DNA of 64,000 nucleotides. Source: Malacoraja senta (taxonomy: Eukaryota). Shown here in pieces: positions 37,606-51,959 of this stretch. Each line of letters begins with the position of its first letter. Position 1 is the stretch's first letter. Both the position numbers and the translations under genes were made by a program. The stretch covers positions 8,806,001 to 8,870,000 of the forward strand of contig CM075988.1 in assembly GCA_038087875.1 (NCBI GenBank). Reading direction: 5' to 3'. The notes under the pieces were generated by a model that saw only the letters and a list, made by a program, of their open reading frames with translations, was not told the DNA's origin and ran no database searches.

Positions 37606-39687
37606 GTAAGTACAGCAGTGTATGTGAGCCGTTCCTCGTTTGTAATCATGCATTGTCTTTCTGCTGACTGGTTAGCACGCAACAAAAACACAAGCTTTTC
37701 ACTGTACCTCGTTACACGTAACAATAAACTAAACAGATGCATTTTGTTGATCCAAGTCTACTGATGTTAGTGATCAATTCTGTGGACATATTTTATGCCC
37801 TCTCACGTTGTGTAACCCATTCATTCATGCCATGAGTATTTATTACCGAACAGACCGCTTCTTCTTCTTTTTCTTTCGTGTGGCGTGCACAGCCTAAAGT
37901 TGTTGGACAACTTGTTCTATTTGATCTTCCGTTTGTGCACGTCGAGTTGATTGCATTAGTCGAAACACGTGAAGGTTGCAATCTTCCACCCCACCGAACA
38001 GACTTCTCAATAATGTTATCATCATTGTAGTGGCAGATTATTATATCGTTCAAGGAATTTTTCCTCTAGCCACTATGATTGAAGACAGGGGTGAGGAGAT
38101 AGCATGCGAGCTCTCCACGAGACATTCAAAGCCATCCAGAGATAAATCTTCAAAACACAGTCTCTTAATTAATAGTTTCTTTATGGTCGTAGTAAAAACA
38201 GTGAGATTTTAATCCAAGCTTCTTGTATGAGTACATTTTGATCTTACTCGTAGTCAAACTCGTGCATGGTGGAAAGCTGTGCCTTCCCCACGCTTCTTCA
38301 AAACTAAAAACTAAAACTAATAGCGCATCTGCGCGAGAATCCCAGACTCAAACACGCCTACGTAATAAATCCCACCCACATAATTACAGGTAGATAACAT
38401 TTAAAGGTAACTGGTTATAGTTATAAGATACTGAGTTAAACTCAATGGCTACTACAATCATGATTGTTATCATCCCCAAGCCATGCCTTGACCCCAAAAT
38501 TTATCTCCCAAATTCCGAATGAATAAATGAATGAATGAATGAATGAATACTTTATTGTCATTATAACATGTAAACACGTACAACGAAATTAGAAATGCCA
38601 ACCAGTCAGTGCATTTTCTTAACGCAAAAGACTGGGCAATGCAATGCTCTGGGCTTGTATTTGCTGGAGTTTGGAAGGACGAGGGGAGACTCATTGAAAC
38701 TTAATGAACAGTGAAAGGCCTTGATAGAGTGGATGTGGAAAGGATGTTTGCACTAGTGGGAGAATCTAGGACTAGAGGGCACAGCCTCAGAATAAAAGGA
38801 CGTATCTTTAGAAAGGAGATGAAGAGGGATTTATTTAGTCAGAAGGTGGCAAATCTCTGGAATCCATTGCCACAGACGGCTGCGGAGGCCAAGTCATTGC
38901 ATTACCCAGTCATTAGGTATTTTTGAAATGAAGTTGGCATGTTCTTGATTAGTAAGAGTGTCAAAGGTTAAGGGAGAAAGCAAGAGAATGGGGCTGAGAG
39001 GGAAAATAGAGCAGCCACGATTGAGTGGTAGAGTAGACACGTTGGGCTGAATGGCCTAATTCTGCTCCTATGACTTATGAAGGAATCTGAAGGCTATGGA
39101 ATAGAATTGTAGCCATCAGGGATTAGGGATGTATTTCTACCTCACCCATAGTCCTTCTCACCTCCCACAGCTCCCCCAGGATGAGAGGCTGTAGTGTAGG
39201 GAACGGAAATGCCACACTTGACAATGTTGGGTATCGTGCTCAATCGGAAATGTGAAGATTCATTGAATAACATTGCAGATAGTCATTTGCAGGTTTCTTA
39301 CACCCAAAGAAGCCTCGAGTACAAATCCAATTTTCAGCAGATGAAATGTGTAGGAAGGAACTACTGATGCAGGTTCGAACTGAAGATAGACACAAAATGT
39401 TGGAGAAACTCAGCGGGACAGGCAGCATCTCTGGAGACATGGAATGGGTGCCATTTCAGATCTCGTCCTTTCTTCAACGTCTGAAGAAGGGTCTCGACCT
39501 GAAACGTCACCCATTACTTCTCTCCAGAGTTGCTGCCTGTCCCGCTGAGTTGCTCCAAGCATTTTGTGTCCAATTTTCAGCATCTGTCCTCTCTTGTTAA
39601 AACTCCTGTTTCTCTTGTTTTCCTTTGCGATTTGAGTATCTGTCACGAAGGAATGATTCTTCTTCAACTTGTTTCTACTTTCCACAG

Positions 39688-39828
39688 CAAATAATGCAGG
39701 ACTCTTCGCTGGGGCTATTATTGGGGCATTCTTGGGATATGTTTGCTGGTCGCTATCATTGCCTTCTTCTGCATCTATCAAAGGAAGAGAAAATTTGAAA
39801 AGGAGGAGGATCTGGCTAATGAGATAAA
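39688..39828 (+). CDS. ESAM: ESAM exon: transmembrane and juxtamembrane; apparent 1-bp deletion near 39734-39736
   Basis: tttccacag| and |gtaagt; SNNAGLFAGAIIGAFL then, in a shifted frame, ICLLVAIIAFFCIYQRKRKFEKEEDLANEIK; 141 bp where the flanking phases need 142. Confidence 0.88.
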
Positions 39829-39859
39829 GTAAGTATCCGAGTTTCCATGAAGTTCGTGG

Positions 39860-40166
39860 AGTTTAGTTTAGGTTAGTTTCAGAGATACCGCGTGGAAACA
39901 GGCCCTTAGGCCACCAAGTCAACGCCGACCAGCGATCCCGAACACTACGTCTATCCTACATACTAGGGATCATTTACAGAAGCCAATTACCTACAAACCT
40001 GCACATCTTTGGGATGTAGGATGAAACCGGAGCACCCAGGGAAAACCCATGCGGACACAAGGAGAACATACAAACTCCATACAGACAGCACCCAGTAGTC
40101 AGGATCGAACCTGGGGTCACTGGCACTGTAAAGCAGCCACTCTACTGTTGCGCCACTGTGCTGCCC
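39860..40166 (-). mobile_element. V-SINE
   Basis: Family consensus, reverse strand. Confidence 0.85.
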
Positions 40167-41164
40167 CATTTGATGCATTGGATCACAACATAGAGACAAT
40201 AGGTGCAGGAGTAGGCCATTCACCCCTTCGAGCCAGCACCGCCCTTCAATGTGATCATGGCTGATCATCCCCAATCAGTACCCCCGTTCCTGCCTTCTCC
40301 CCACATCCCCTGACTCCGCTATCTTTAAGAGCCCTATTTAGCTCTCTCTTGAAAGTATCCAGAGAACTGGCCTCCACCGCCCTCTGAGGCAGAGAATTCC
40401 ACAGACTCACCCCTCTACGTGAGAAAAAGTGTTTCGTCGTCTCCGTTCTAAATGGCTTACTCCTTATTCTTAAGCTGTGGCCCCTGGTTCTGGACTTCCC
40501 CAACATCGGGAACATACTGTATCTATATACATGAACTGGAAACAGCGTTTGTCACTTCAATAAGCAATTCACTTGAATACAACAGCAGTTTTCTTGATGT
40601 CACCTATAGAGCTAATGACATCTTGTCATCACTATGAGATCAAACAAGCAGCAATTTTTCTGGGTTGGGGAATGTAGGATGGGCTCGTGAGAACAATTTG
40701 TAAAGACAGTAAAAAGAAAACAGATAGCAAATATGTTTGGCTACTTAATTTTCAATTATGGAGGATTACAGAACTCAACACCCATTATAGTCTTTGAAAC
40801 ATCTGTTGACCCACTCATAACTGCCTGTCATATTTATTTGTACACACTAGAGCTCGCCATACACTTTAACCTTACTGATTTCCTACTAATAACGTCTTGG
40901 TTACAGTAAAACATTCACCCAAGACTTATTTCATTTCCTGCAAAAATGTTGGTATGTTAACTCATTCGACCAATATCCACCCAGAGTGAAGAAAATTGTA
41001 TCACATTCAGTCTAACATCTGAATAAGATTCTGTGGCCTGAGTTCTGAGTTGCGCTGAATGGTAATGTTTTATTTTGATGTTATTATTGTTTAGTCTTTG
41101 GGTGGAAACTACGATGGGCTGTTCCTGAACAACATTGAAAACTGTGACCTGATTTTCTTTTTGG

Positions 41165-41440
41165 CAAGTGTGCATGTGCAAATGCGAGTGCGAGCGTGAC
41201 CGGGTAGGTGCGAGTAAGTGCAAATACGTGTAAACTTGTGTGTGGGTGAGTGAACGTGTGTGTGAGTGTGGATGTGAATGTGCAGATGTGAGTGTGCGAG
41301 CATAAACAAGTAGGTGCGAGTGTGTAAGTGTCAATGTGTGTGTGTGTGTGAGTGAGTGTGTGATTGAATGAGTGCGTGTGAGTGAGTGAGCGTGTGTGAG
41401 TGAGTGAATGAGTGAGGGAGTGTGAGAATGTGTTGTGTTC
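41165..41440. repeat. Degenerate (GT)/(GAGT) low-complexity tract; smaller CA/TA tracts at about 15950-16171 and 29805-29878
   Basis: Direct inspection. Confidence 0.85.
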
Positions 41441-41805
41441 ATATGTCCCATGGCGTTATTTCACCAGCCATTCCCACAACCTCATGAGAGTAAAACAAGG
41501 GTCAGTTTTCTGGTGTAAAAATATGTTAGATTAAAACAACCAAGGGATATTTACAGAGAGTACAAAGAACGTCGTTTCACATTGAGCAAAAAAGTAAGAT
41601 GCGAGTCCCAGAGATCATAAGACATAATGGAAGTTTTGTATAGCATGCTGTACTTTCTCACCTTGCTCCATCTTGTTAACACATTACACATTATAGTCAA
41701 CGTTTGCGATCATGATGAGCTAAAACAATTTAAAGCAATAATCCTCTCTGTCCCTACTTGGATTGTTATAAATTGCACTGATTTGAACACTTGTTTTGTT
41801 CACAG

Positions 41806-42202
41806 AGAGGATACCCAGGCACCAGGGGAAACGTATGGATAAGAATGGGAGCTCTGACATCATCTCCAAAAATGGCACCCTGTCTTCAGTGAATAGCACA
41901 ATGCGCGCCTACAAGCCGTATCCCCTCCAAGCCACCGTCGGACACTGCATCAACTATCACCGCAATGAACGTCAGTCACGCCGGAAGTGGCAAACGTCCA
42001 AAAAGTGCCCAAAGACCAGCTACTGCACCGACTGTCAACACTCACCACTCTAGTCCTTTCCCCCAAGTGGCAGAACGGAGCTCGGCAGCAGACCCCGGAA
42101 CAGGAGCCCACGTTGCCCCCAATGTCCTCATCAAATCTTGCCAGGATGGGGGCGGTGCCAGTCATGGTGCCAGCTCAGAGTCAATTCGGATCACTGGTGT
42201 AG
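41806..42202 (+). CDS. ESAM: ESAM last coding exon: cytoplasmic tail with PDZ-binding end; three apparent +1 frameshifts
   Basis: ttcacag|; EDTQAP / [14 protein letters not shown] / KPPSDTAST / [25 protein letters not shown]. Nearly identical to recalled mammalian ESAM motifs ([35 protein letters not shown]). Confidence 0.92.
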
Positions 42203-42842
42203 GGGCACCTTGACAGTACCATGGCATGAGATTCTCCAATGAATTTCCTCATGTTACCAAACAATAGGCTTCAGATGCAACCTATTTATGGTTGCAGTAC
42301 AACACTGTAAACAATTACCTGAAGTCTCGTAACCTCGTTTTAAAACGTTTTACAGCTAGAAATCTAAAGAAGCCAGAAGTAAAAAGATTTAGTGGATTGA
42401 TGAGCTGAGAACTATTTCTACCTTGGTATCCCACTAACATTTCAAACATTCTACTTTCTCCAGACTGAATCCTTATAATCCTAGCTCTACTTCTGGTTGT
42501 TCTCATCTTGACACCCAACTAACGTTCCTAAAGCACTTCAATTCAATATAAGGCTTGTTTTAAAGATTATCCATTCATTTTAGTTATACCCATAAAATGT
42601 ACTGGGAATCGCACTTGCTAATCCCCACTGAAGAGGAATTCAGACATGACTACTGACTCACATCACAATGTATCATTTTTGTGGGCAGTTTACATGTTCT
42701 TCTTTGTAGCTTTTATGCCCCAGCTCTATAATATGAGATAACAGCGTGACAACAGAATCTAATGCTTTTGTCAGCATCACTTCGCCTTTTAGGTTAAATC
42801 ACCCTTGCATACAGACGATTGAGAGATGATCAGATCAAAGCA

Positions 42843-43018
42843 ATTAAAATAAAATAATTGAGGACCCAACAGTATAGAAAAAGCGAACACTATTTCCTTC
42901 AGCAGAAATTGATACCAAAGCAACGTAATCACAACACTGGAGCCAAATGAGTATGCTCTCTAACTCACGAGAGTGTATGAATTATGAAATTACCTCACTC
43001 CGAAGGCTGGACAATAAA
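42843..43018 (+). promoter_or_regulatory. Candidate ESAM polyadenylation signals
   Basis: ATTAAA/AATAAA at 42843-42853 and AATAAA at 43013-43018, 0.65-0.8 kb after the stop in unique sequence. Confidence 0.3.
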
Positions 43019-45069
43019 TGCAATTGATCTTGTAGTCGATTTTTGGTTGCACGGTCAAGTAGGGGACAGATCGAACTGAACACCAGAGCCCCCTGAGTTG
43101 AATGAGCTACTGTTCTCACTCATGATGTTTGCCATTCGTACGTGGGGAGTAGGCTGGATCAATTACAGTTGGCTGCCAATAGAGAGAAGTGCAAACGGGA
43201 ATTGGTGCATGAGAGATAAAAAAAGGACGTGGACATCAGTACGGGAAACACTTGGAATGAAGGGGATCATTGGTTATGCTTCATCTTGTGGCCTATGACT
43301 GCCACGTTGATCCAATTACATTTTCATAAACTTTTTCAGCTTCCCTATACAAGGAACTGCTGATGCTGGAATCTTATGTAGAACACAAAGTGATGGAGTA
43401 ACTCAGTGGGGTCATGCAGCATCTCAGGAGGGCATGGATAGGTGACAATTTGGGTCGGGAAAGTTCCATAGATCATCCATATGTTGGAGACAAATCAATA
43501 AGCTCTTTAATACACAAGTGTGTATTAATCATGAAATGCCTCACTCTAACATGTGAAGAAGGATCCCAACCTTTCTAGATGCTGCCTCACCCACTTAGTT
43601 ACTCCAGTACCTTGTGTTCCCTATGGTAAATGCTGGAAATATATTATCTGGTATAAGCAGAGTGCATGCTGAGGACATACAAGAGCCGGAAAGCTGGTAT
43701 GTCTGCAGAGCTGATGTTGCCAGGACTCGAGGGCCTGAGCTATAGGAGAGGCTGATGAGGGGTGATCATATAGAGATGTACAAAATCATGAGAGGAATAG
43801 ATAGGGTAAATGTATACAATCTTTTTCCCAGAGTAGGGGAATCAAGAACCAGAGGACATAGGTTTAAGGCAAGGGGGGGAGATTTAATAGCAACCTGAGG
43901 GGCACCTTTTTTACACAACGGGCAGTAGGTATAGGGAACGAGCTGCCTGGGGAGGTAGTTGAGGCAGGTACTATCATAACATTTAAGAAACATTTGGACA
44001 GGTGCATGGATAGGATAGGTTTAGCGGGATATGGGCCAAATGCAGCTAGGTGGGACTTTTGTAGATGGGGCATGTTGGTCGGCGTGGACAAGTGGGTTGA
44101 AGGGCCTGTCTCTCTGACTCTAAGAACCCAGTTTTCCTTGCATGACAAAGTATTCCGAGATGTTTGGAATATCAGATTGTTTATCTGCCATTATTCATGA
44201 AATGCAGTGAAAGTTAAAGATATAACAAACAATTCTCCATGAGTTTTCCAGTGGTACAATTGGCAAGATATTAAACACCATTCATGGGTGAACCAAGAAA
44301 TAGATAGGAGGGAGAAAACAAAACTTGAGAGTAATCTAATTAGCAATAAAATGGGCTCGTTCATAAAAAGACACAAGCTAACATGAATACTGCAGAGGCA
44401 GTAAACATTATAATAAGGGATAAAGAAATGACAGAAAGATTAAAACAAATATTTTGCATTCATTTTAATGCATAGACGTAGAACTTATATAGTGTGGGGA
44501 ATCATAAGTCTGGCAAGGCTGAGCAATAAAAGATAATAAATGGAAGAAAATAAATATATTTCAGGAATTAATCATAATTAAACCCAACAATCCATTGGTC
44601 CTGATGACTTACATCAAGGGTTTTAAGTACACAGAGAGCAGATGCATTAATTTTACTTCACCATAATTCCCCAGAGTCTCAATTGGCTCCCATGAATTGG
44701 AAGACAGCAAATATTCAAGAAAAGATGGAAAGCAAAAAATGGGAATTATAATCCATCAACATCAATGTGGAGTAAACAGCAATACCAGAAAGCATTATTA
44801 GGATGAGTAAAGGAGCACTTAGGAAATCAATGTTATTATTCAGAACCAACACAATATTTTGAAAAAGTAACTGTGTTTCCCAAATCTATTCATTCTTTGA
44901 GGAAGAAACTAGCAAGGTACATTAAGTAGATTTTCAGACTTTGTTAAAGTGCCAATAATTGGTTACTACACAATACTCATGGGATCCAGGTAACAAATAA
45001 ACATGAAGAAACAAGGAACTGCAAATGTTGGTTTACCAAGGAAAGACACAAAATCTTGTGCTGGATTAA

Positions 45070-45360
45070 CTGGGCGGCACGGTGGTGCAGCGGTAGAGCT
45101 GCTGCCTTGCAGCACTGGGGACCTGGGTTCGATCCTGACTACGCGTGCTGTCTGTACAGAGTATTACGTTCTCCCCGTGACCGTGTGGGTTTTCTCCGAG
45201 ATCTTCGGTTTCCTCCCACACATCAAAGACGTACAAGTTTGTAGGTTGATTGGCTTGGTATAAGTGTTAATTGTCACTAGTGTGTGTAGGATAGCATTAA
45301 TGCTATCAGTGGGCTGAAGGGCCTATTTCTGCACTGTATCTCTAAACTAAACTAAACTAA
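45070..45360 (+). mobile_element. V-SINE
   Basis: gggcggcacggtggtgcagcggtagag head, (CTAAA)n tail. Confidence 0.85.
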
Positions 45361-47579
45361 ATCTGATCAGTCTGAAGAAGGGTCTCGACCCAAAACGTCA
45401 CCCATTCCTTCTCTCCAGAGATCCTGCCTGAGTTACTCCAGCATTTTGTGTCTGTAAACTAAACTAAACTCAGCAGGTCAGGCAACATCTCTAGAGAACA
45501 TGGATGTTGGGTTGGACCCTTCTTCAAAATGCATGTATAAACATGGATTGGTTAAGAGTAAGGGTAAAAAGGTAATTTAAAATAGAGCAATGTGAAAGTA
45601 GCTGATTTCCTCGTAGATCGATCCTTGAGCCTAAACCATAGAGAATAATTAAGTGAAACCAACTATAATACTGTATAGAAGGTAGAATGTAACTGGAGTA
45701 ACTCAGTGGGACAGGCAGCATCTCTGGAGAGAAGGAATGGGTGACGAAAGATGCTGCCCGTCCCGCTGAGTTACTCCAGCTTTTTGTGTCTATCATCGAT
45801 TGAAACCAGCATCTGCAGTTCTTTCCTACACGTATAATGTAGAAGGTTTGTACATGATACAAGGGTAGTTGGGTAAATAAACGTTGTTGAGATTAGTAAG
45901 TATTGTGGTTTCAGATCAATTTGGAATCCTATACCTAAGCATAAAAGTTGAAGGTGTCACAAGCAATTAGGAAGGCAAATAGTATACAGGAGTTTCCTTA
46001 TGTTCCTGAAACTCGATCATAAGTCAATACTGACACACAAAACCCTGTACCCACTACTCCCACTTATGTATATTGCTGGGACCCACCTCCCTTGCAACAG
46101 ATATCAATGTCCTGCTCACACTGTTTCTGGTGCTGCCTCCTCTTCTTATGGAGCAGTTTTTTTTACACACCGAAACATCACCTCTTCCTTTTCAACAATG
46201 CAAGGCACATGTTAACTGAAGAGTTTAGCTTAAGGATAGTCTTGGGGTAAGAGACTGGACATTTGGGGTTCGGGTGAGTGGACATCTTTTCACAGAGTTT
46301 CATATATCATCATTCTGAAGAAGGGTCTCGACCCGAAACATCACCCATTCCTTCTCTCCAGAGTTGCTGCCTGTCCCGCTGAGTTACTCCAGCATTTTGT
46401 GTCTACCTTTGATTTAAACCAGCATCTGCAGTTCTTTCCTACTCCTTCATATATCATCCATCTCATCCAGTTGTGTGGATAAGGTGCCCTAATGTCATAA
46501 GGAGAACTTAATGGAGGTGTATGGAAAGCCCTAGAAATGCCTTGAAAGGATTGTAAAGATAGACACAAAGTTGGACTAACTCAGCAAGTCAGGCAGCAAC
46601 TCTGGAGAAAGAGGATGGGTGAGGTTTTGGATCGGGACACCGGTTGTGTTAGTTGAACCATTCCCTTTGATCTTTGCTGTGGACATTTTAATTAGATTCT
46701 AGAAAGGGCTAATTTGATGGAGCAAATAGTCAAACCGCCTATTCCCTGATAGCATGCTGTTTCTCTTTATGCCAGAGCTATATGATCAGATATTTTGGCT
46801 TTACCAGTTGATTATTTGTTTAATTTGAGACCCCCAAATTAGTACACCTTTCACCTACATAGATACATGGAAAATAGGTGCAGGAGTAGGCCATTTGGCC
46901 CTTCGAGCCAGCACCGCCATTCAATGTGATCATGGCTGATCATCCACAATCAGTACCCCGTTCCTGCCTTCTCCCCATATCCCTTGATTCCGCTAGCCCT
47001 AAGAGCTCTATCTAGCTCTCTTTTGAATGCATCCAGTGAATCGTCCTCCGCTGCCTTCTGAGGCAGAGAATTCCACAAATTCACAACTCTTTGGGCTAAA
47101 ATGGTTTTCTTCATCTGTGCTACTCTCTCTTTTTACTCACCCCCACCCCACCTCCCCACCACCACAATGGACAGGTCCTTGACGTTAAACAGAAGGCAGG
47201 GTGAAGGCACTTACAAATAAATGGTGATCAACAATGCACCAGGGAGATGATGATGTGAAGAATATTGCTATTAGATTAATGTTGCTGCTTCTCAGTGTTG
47301 TTCATAAACAAGTATCAGTTGATGCCCAAAGCTACCAACCTGACAGAAGCCTTCCAGACTTGTATGCTTGTGGTTATTACCAAATGCAATAAAACCTAAG
47401 GTGCCAATCCTACACCATTCCATTAACATGATTTCCACTGGAGAAAGCTTGGACATTTAAGGAACATTGCCAAGTTGATGTTCTGATAATGACAGGATAA
47501 TATATAGAGTGATTTGGTCATCCCTTTACATCTCCTCAGTTCTTCTTGTCAATATGGATCTGAGCTCCAACTAAACTTA

Positions 47580-47880
47580 AGGGCGGCACGGTGGTGCAGC
47601 AGTAGAACTGTTGCCTCACAGCGCTGCAGATCCAAGTTCGATCCTGACTATGGGTGCTGTCTGTAAGTAGTTTGTACGTTCTCCCCGTGACCCCATGGGT
47701 TTTCTCCGAGATCTTCGGATTCCTCCCACACTCCAAAGACGGATATGTTTGTAGGTTAATTGGCTTGGTGTACGTGTAAACTGTCCCTAGTGTGTGTAGG
47801 ATAGTGTGAATGTGCGGGGATCGCTGGTTGGTGGGTTGAAGGGGCCTGTTGCGGCGCTGTATCTCTAAACTACACTAAAC
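47580..47880 (+). mobile_element. V-SINE
   Basis: Family consensus. Confidence 0.85.
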
Positions 47881-50800
47881 AAATAAGCATCATAAAATAC
47901 ATTTAAGTCTGAAAATAGTTTATTACTTAGCATTGTGATTTACATGCTATCTGATTTGTCTTCTTAAAATGTGACTTAAGGTTGAATCAACATGGATATT
48001 CCCATTTCCCCTGGGGTCCGACATTGTCTTAAACTTTTATGTAGCCCTTTCAGTTTAAAAGTAAAGGAAATTTATTAAAGTCATGGGTCAGGGTTCAGTA
48101 GAATCTAACATAGGAATTATTTACATTAGTTTAGTTGCAGTTGATCAAAACTGGATGGAGGTCTGCTTTGTAAACTACACACAATGTGTTGGAATTATTT
48201 GCCTGGGTGTGGCTTGAACTGAGTTATTGTTGTGTAGAAATGTCCAATACATTAGTTGTAGATGACAAACACTTCGGCATTCACGAACGGATAGCATCAA
48301 AGCACGGGATTTTGTTGAGGGCAGGTCATTCTCAGTATACAATGAGATTATGTTGAGTAATTATTTGCCGAAAGCCATTCAGATGCCTCATATTTAATTA
48401 CACCTCATGACTTCTAATCTTGATTGAATCCTCATGCCTACCAAACCTTCCTTCAGTTAGGATGTTTGCTATTGGGGTTACTGGGGGCATGGGATGCAAG
48501 AGGTGGGGGTAGTGGAAGAGTTGTTGAAACTAGTTACTATGTCGATCATTATTAATATAGGATAAATGAAAAGATATTGCTTAATTAAGGTTACTGAAGT
48601 AACTTTGAAACCTACCACTTTGACCTAGGAAATTGGAGCATAGATTAATGTTCATATTTGAAAGGTTTACAGAGAGTATACATCTGATTTTATGTGTACA
48701 CTGACAGTGGACAGAGTTGCACTCCTCTTTGAAAGAAGATTTTACTTTCGTGTATCTGAACAAGGTGAATTTATGATGATAGAGCTTTGTGAATTATGAT
48801 GAAGAACAGGAATCTGTATTAATATAATTTTGGAGTTTTAGAGATGCAGAATGGCAACAGGCTCCTCATCCCAACGAGACCACACTGACCATCGATCATC
48901 TGCACACTAGTTCTGTCATCCCACTTTTGCATCCTGCACTCTAGGGGTAATTACTCTTAAGGCGAGAAGCCAATTACTCTAAAACCTGCACGTCTTTGGA
49001 ATGTGGGAGGAAACCGGAACACCCAGAGAAAACCCACACGGTCACAGGGAGAAAGTACATACAGCACCCGTAGTCAGGATCAATCCTGGGTCTCTGGCGC
49101 AGGGAAGCAGTAGTTCTAAAGATGCCACAGTGCCGACCTCAGCTGCCTTTGTGCATCACAGTTCTTGATGAGAAAGTGGGACAACGTAAAACTAGTGTGA
49201 TGGATGATTGGGGGTCAGTGTGGACTCAGCGGGCTGAAGGGCCTGTATCTTTTAATCAATCAAACATTGCCCTCTCTCACCTTAAAGCTATGAGCTTTAA
49301 CATTTGACATTTTCAACCTGGGCGAACGTATCTGACTATCTGCCTTATCTCCCATAATTTTATATACTTCTATCAGGTCTCCCCTCAGCCTCCGATGCTC
49401 CAGAGAAAACAATCCACGTTTTTCCAACCTCTCCTTGTATTTAATACTGTCCAATCCAGGCAATGTCCTGGTGAGCCCCCACATCAAACCCTCCACATCC
49501 TTCCTCATGTATGTTGTCTCTTTATAATGCACTGCTTGTATTCTTTATACACAACCCTGTAAATCAGTCCATTTATCTATCTACCCAAGCTCCTTTTTAA
49601 AATATTTGTTGAATCTAACTCCACCATCGCTTCAGACTGGGTATTGCATCAGAAAACATTTTTAATCTTGGCTTGATCCTTTGCCTAAAATGTAATGTCC
49701 TTGTGGTAGCAGTCTTTCTGCTAATGGAAACAGTCAATGGAAATCAATCATAACCTTATTTGTAATCTGTCTCTTCAATCTATGATTTGCTGCTTCTCAA
49801 TAAGAATCCTCCTTATACACTCTCCATCTCTGACCTTCCTCCCCAAGCCAGACACATATCTGCACAAGCATAAACTTGTGGCAAATGCAGTGACCATCCT
49901 GTAGAAAATTCCTCTTTAACTCCCTATGACCACGAAACAGGTTTCAGGCACCACACGACCATATGAGACTCCTGACTTCCAGCTTTATCTAAGAAAGAAC
50001 TGCAGATGCTGGAAAAATCGAAGATAGACAAAAAAGCTGTAGAAATTCAGCGGGTAAGGAATAGGCGACGTTTCAGGTCGAGAGCCTTCTTCAGTCTGAG
50101 TCTCGACATGTCAAAAATGACGTTTCATTTTTTGTCTACCTTCCAGCTTTATCTAGTTACTGATTATAACCGATTAAGTTAAATATTGAGACACTTGGAA
50201 CAGCAGTTGCTGGTTTACAGAAAAAGACACAAAGTGCTGGAGTAACTCGGCGGGACTGACCTTTTGAGTTGCTACGACATCTTGTAAATTATTTATTGAT
50301 ATGGGTTTCTCAACAGCCAAACATGTGGATTTGAAACACAGCTTAATGAAACATGTCCTTGAATGTTTGCCTTTCTGCTGTTAGAAATTCTGAGGATTTA
50401 AATTACTAAATGCATTTATTTTGGGGTCTGGTTTTAAATGTCTTTTATTTTATACAGCTTGCAGGCAACATTGGCTTCTGAAACTGAGTTCAACCTGAAA
50501 CACATAACACATGAAGGAACAACTTGCTAACAGTTTGGTTTGATTCTGACATTGTATTGTTCTCAAAAAAATAAAGGGTCCATTTTGCATTTATTTTTTG
50601 GGAGGAGAAGTGATTATGTGTACTTGGAAGGTTTTATATTTTTTAATTCTTGCTAGACAGACAATGGAAGCTAAATGGCCTGTATGATCCACCAGAAGGA
50701 TAATCCCTATTTGTCAGGATAATCCTTCTTTAACAGGATGAAAGGCAGTTACTAGATGTGACGCCAACAACATGTGCTAATGTACTTAGTAATTAATATG

Positions 50801-51959
50801 AAAAAAATAATTATTAATATGTAAAGTCATTATCCTTGCTTGGATAACTCTGAAAGGGGCCGGGGGGTGGGGGGGGGGGGGGGGGGTCTGGATGTGACTG
50901 TGAACAACTAATACATTGCTGCCTATTTAAGAAATGCTTTTCAATAGTGGATTAAATTGTACAAAGGGCATAAATTCATGTCATAGGAACAGAATTAGGT
51001 CATTCGGTCCATCAAGTCTACTCTGGCATTCATTCATGGCTGATCTATCTTTCCCTCTCAACCCCATTTTCCTGCCTTCTCCCCATAACCTTTGACACTC
51101 TTAATCAAGAACCTATCAATCTCCACTGTAAAAATAGGCAAAGAGTTGGCCTCCACAGCCATCTATGCCAGTGAATACCACAGATTCACCACTCTCTGGC
51201 TAAAGAAATTTGTTCTCATCTTCTTTCGAATGATGCATCTTTTTAATCTGAGGCTCTGCTATCTGGTCCTGGACTCTGCCACTTGTGGAAACATCCTCTC
51301 CACTGTGACTTCTTACCCGTTGAAATGAAAGAATTTAAAACCATGTGTGATTTACAAGGCTACCTGCTCTGGTCCAGCGAAGCAGCCACCACCTCCCTTT
51401 GTGCTAATAGCAACCTAATGGAAATGATGTCCATTGCCCATATTAGCCCATGGTGGTCATCTTTAATACAAGCTATTTAACCAAAAACTTCATACCTTTC
51501 CTCTTCCCACATATTTATGTTTCCTTTCCATTCAACTAGTTACCTAAGGCACAAAGCCAGACAAAAGGCATGGTCCCCGTTTCAATGACTAACTTCATTG
51601 TTGAATATATTTCACAAATATTCAATCCTGCCACTATTTTGAATCTGCTACACTGATTACCAAAAAATTGTCATTCAATGCGTATGCCAGTCAAGAAGAG
51701 GTGTAAGTAGGCAAGAGAAAGTCGAGTTAAAATTCATTTTATTCATGCATTCATTCATTCATTCATTCTGTCCAGAGGTGCAATGTAGAGTAACCAGAGA
51801 GGAACAACTACTTGCAGTGAGAGACAGAATACTCCTAAGTTCCTGAAGAAGCTCAGACATCCTCAAACTGTGTTAATTCTGTTGCACATCACTGTGCTTT
51901 CCACAAGATAGTTGCAATGTTTATTAACGCCAATTAATTCTGTCTTTTCATTAAAAAAG

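Noticed and set aside
37856..37995. Short element with a (GAA)n tail on the minus strand
   Set aside because: Probably a retroposon 3' end, but too short to classify
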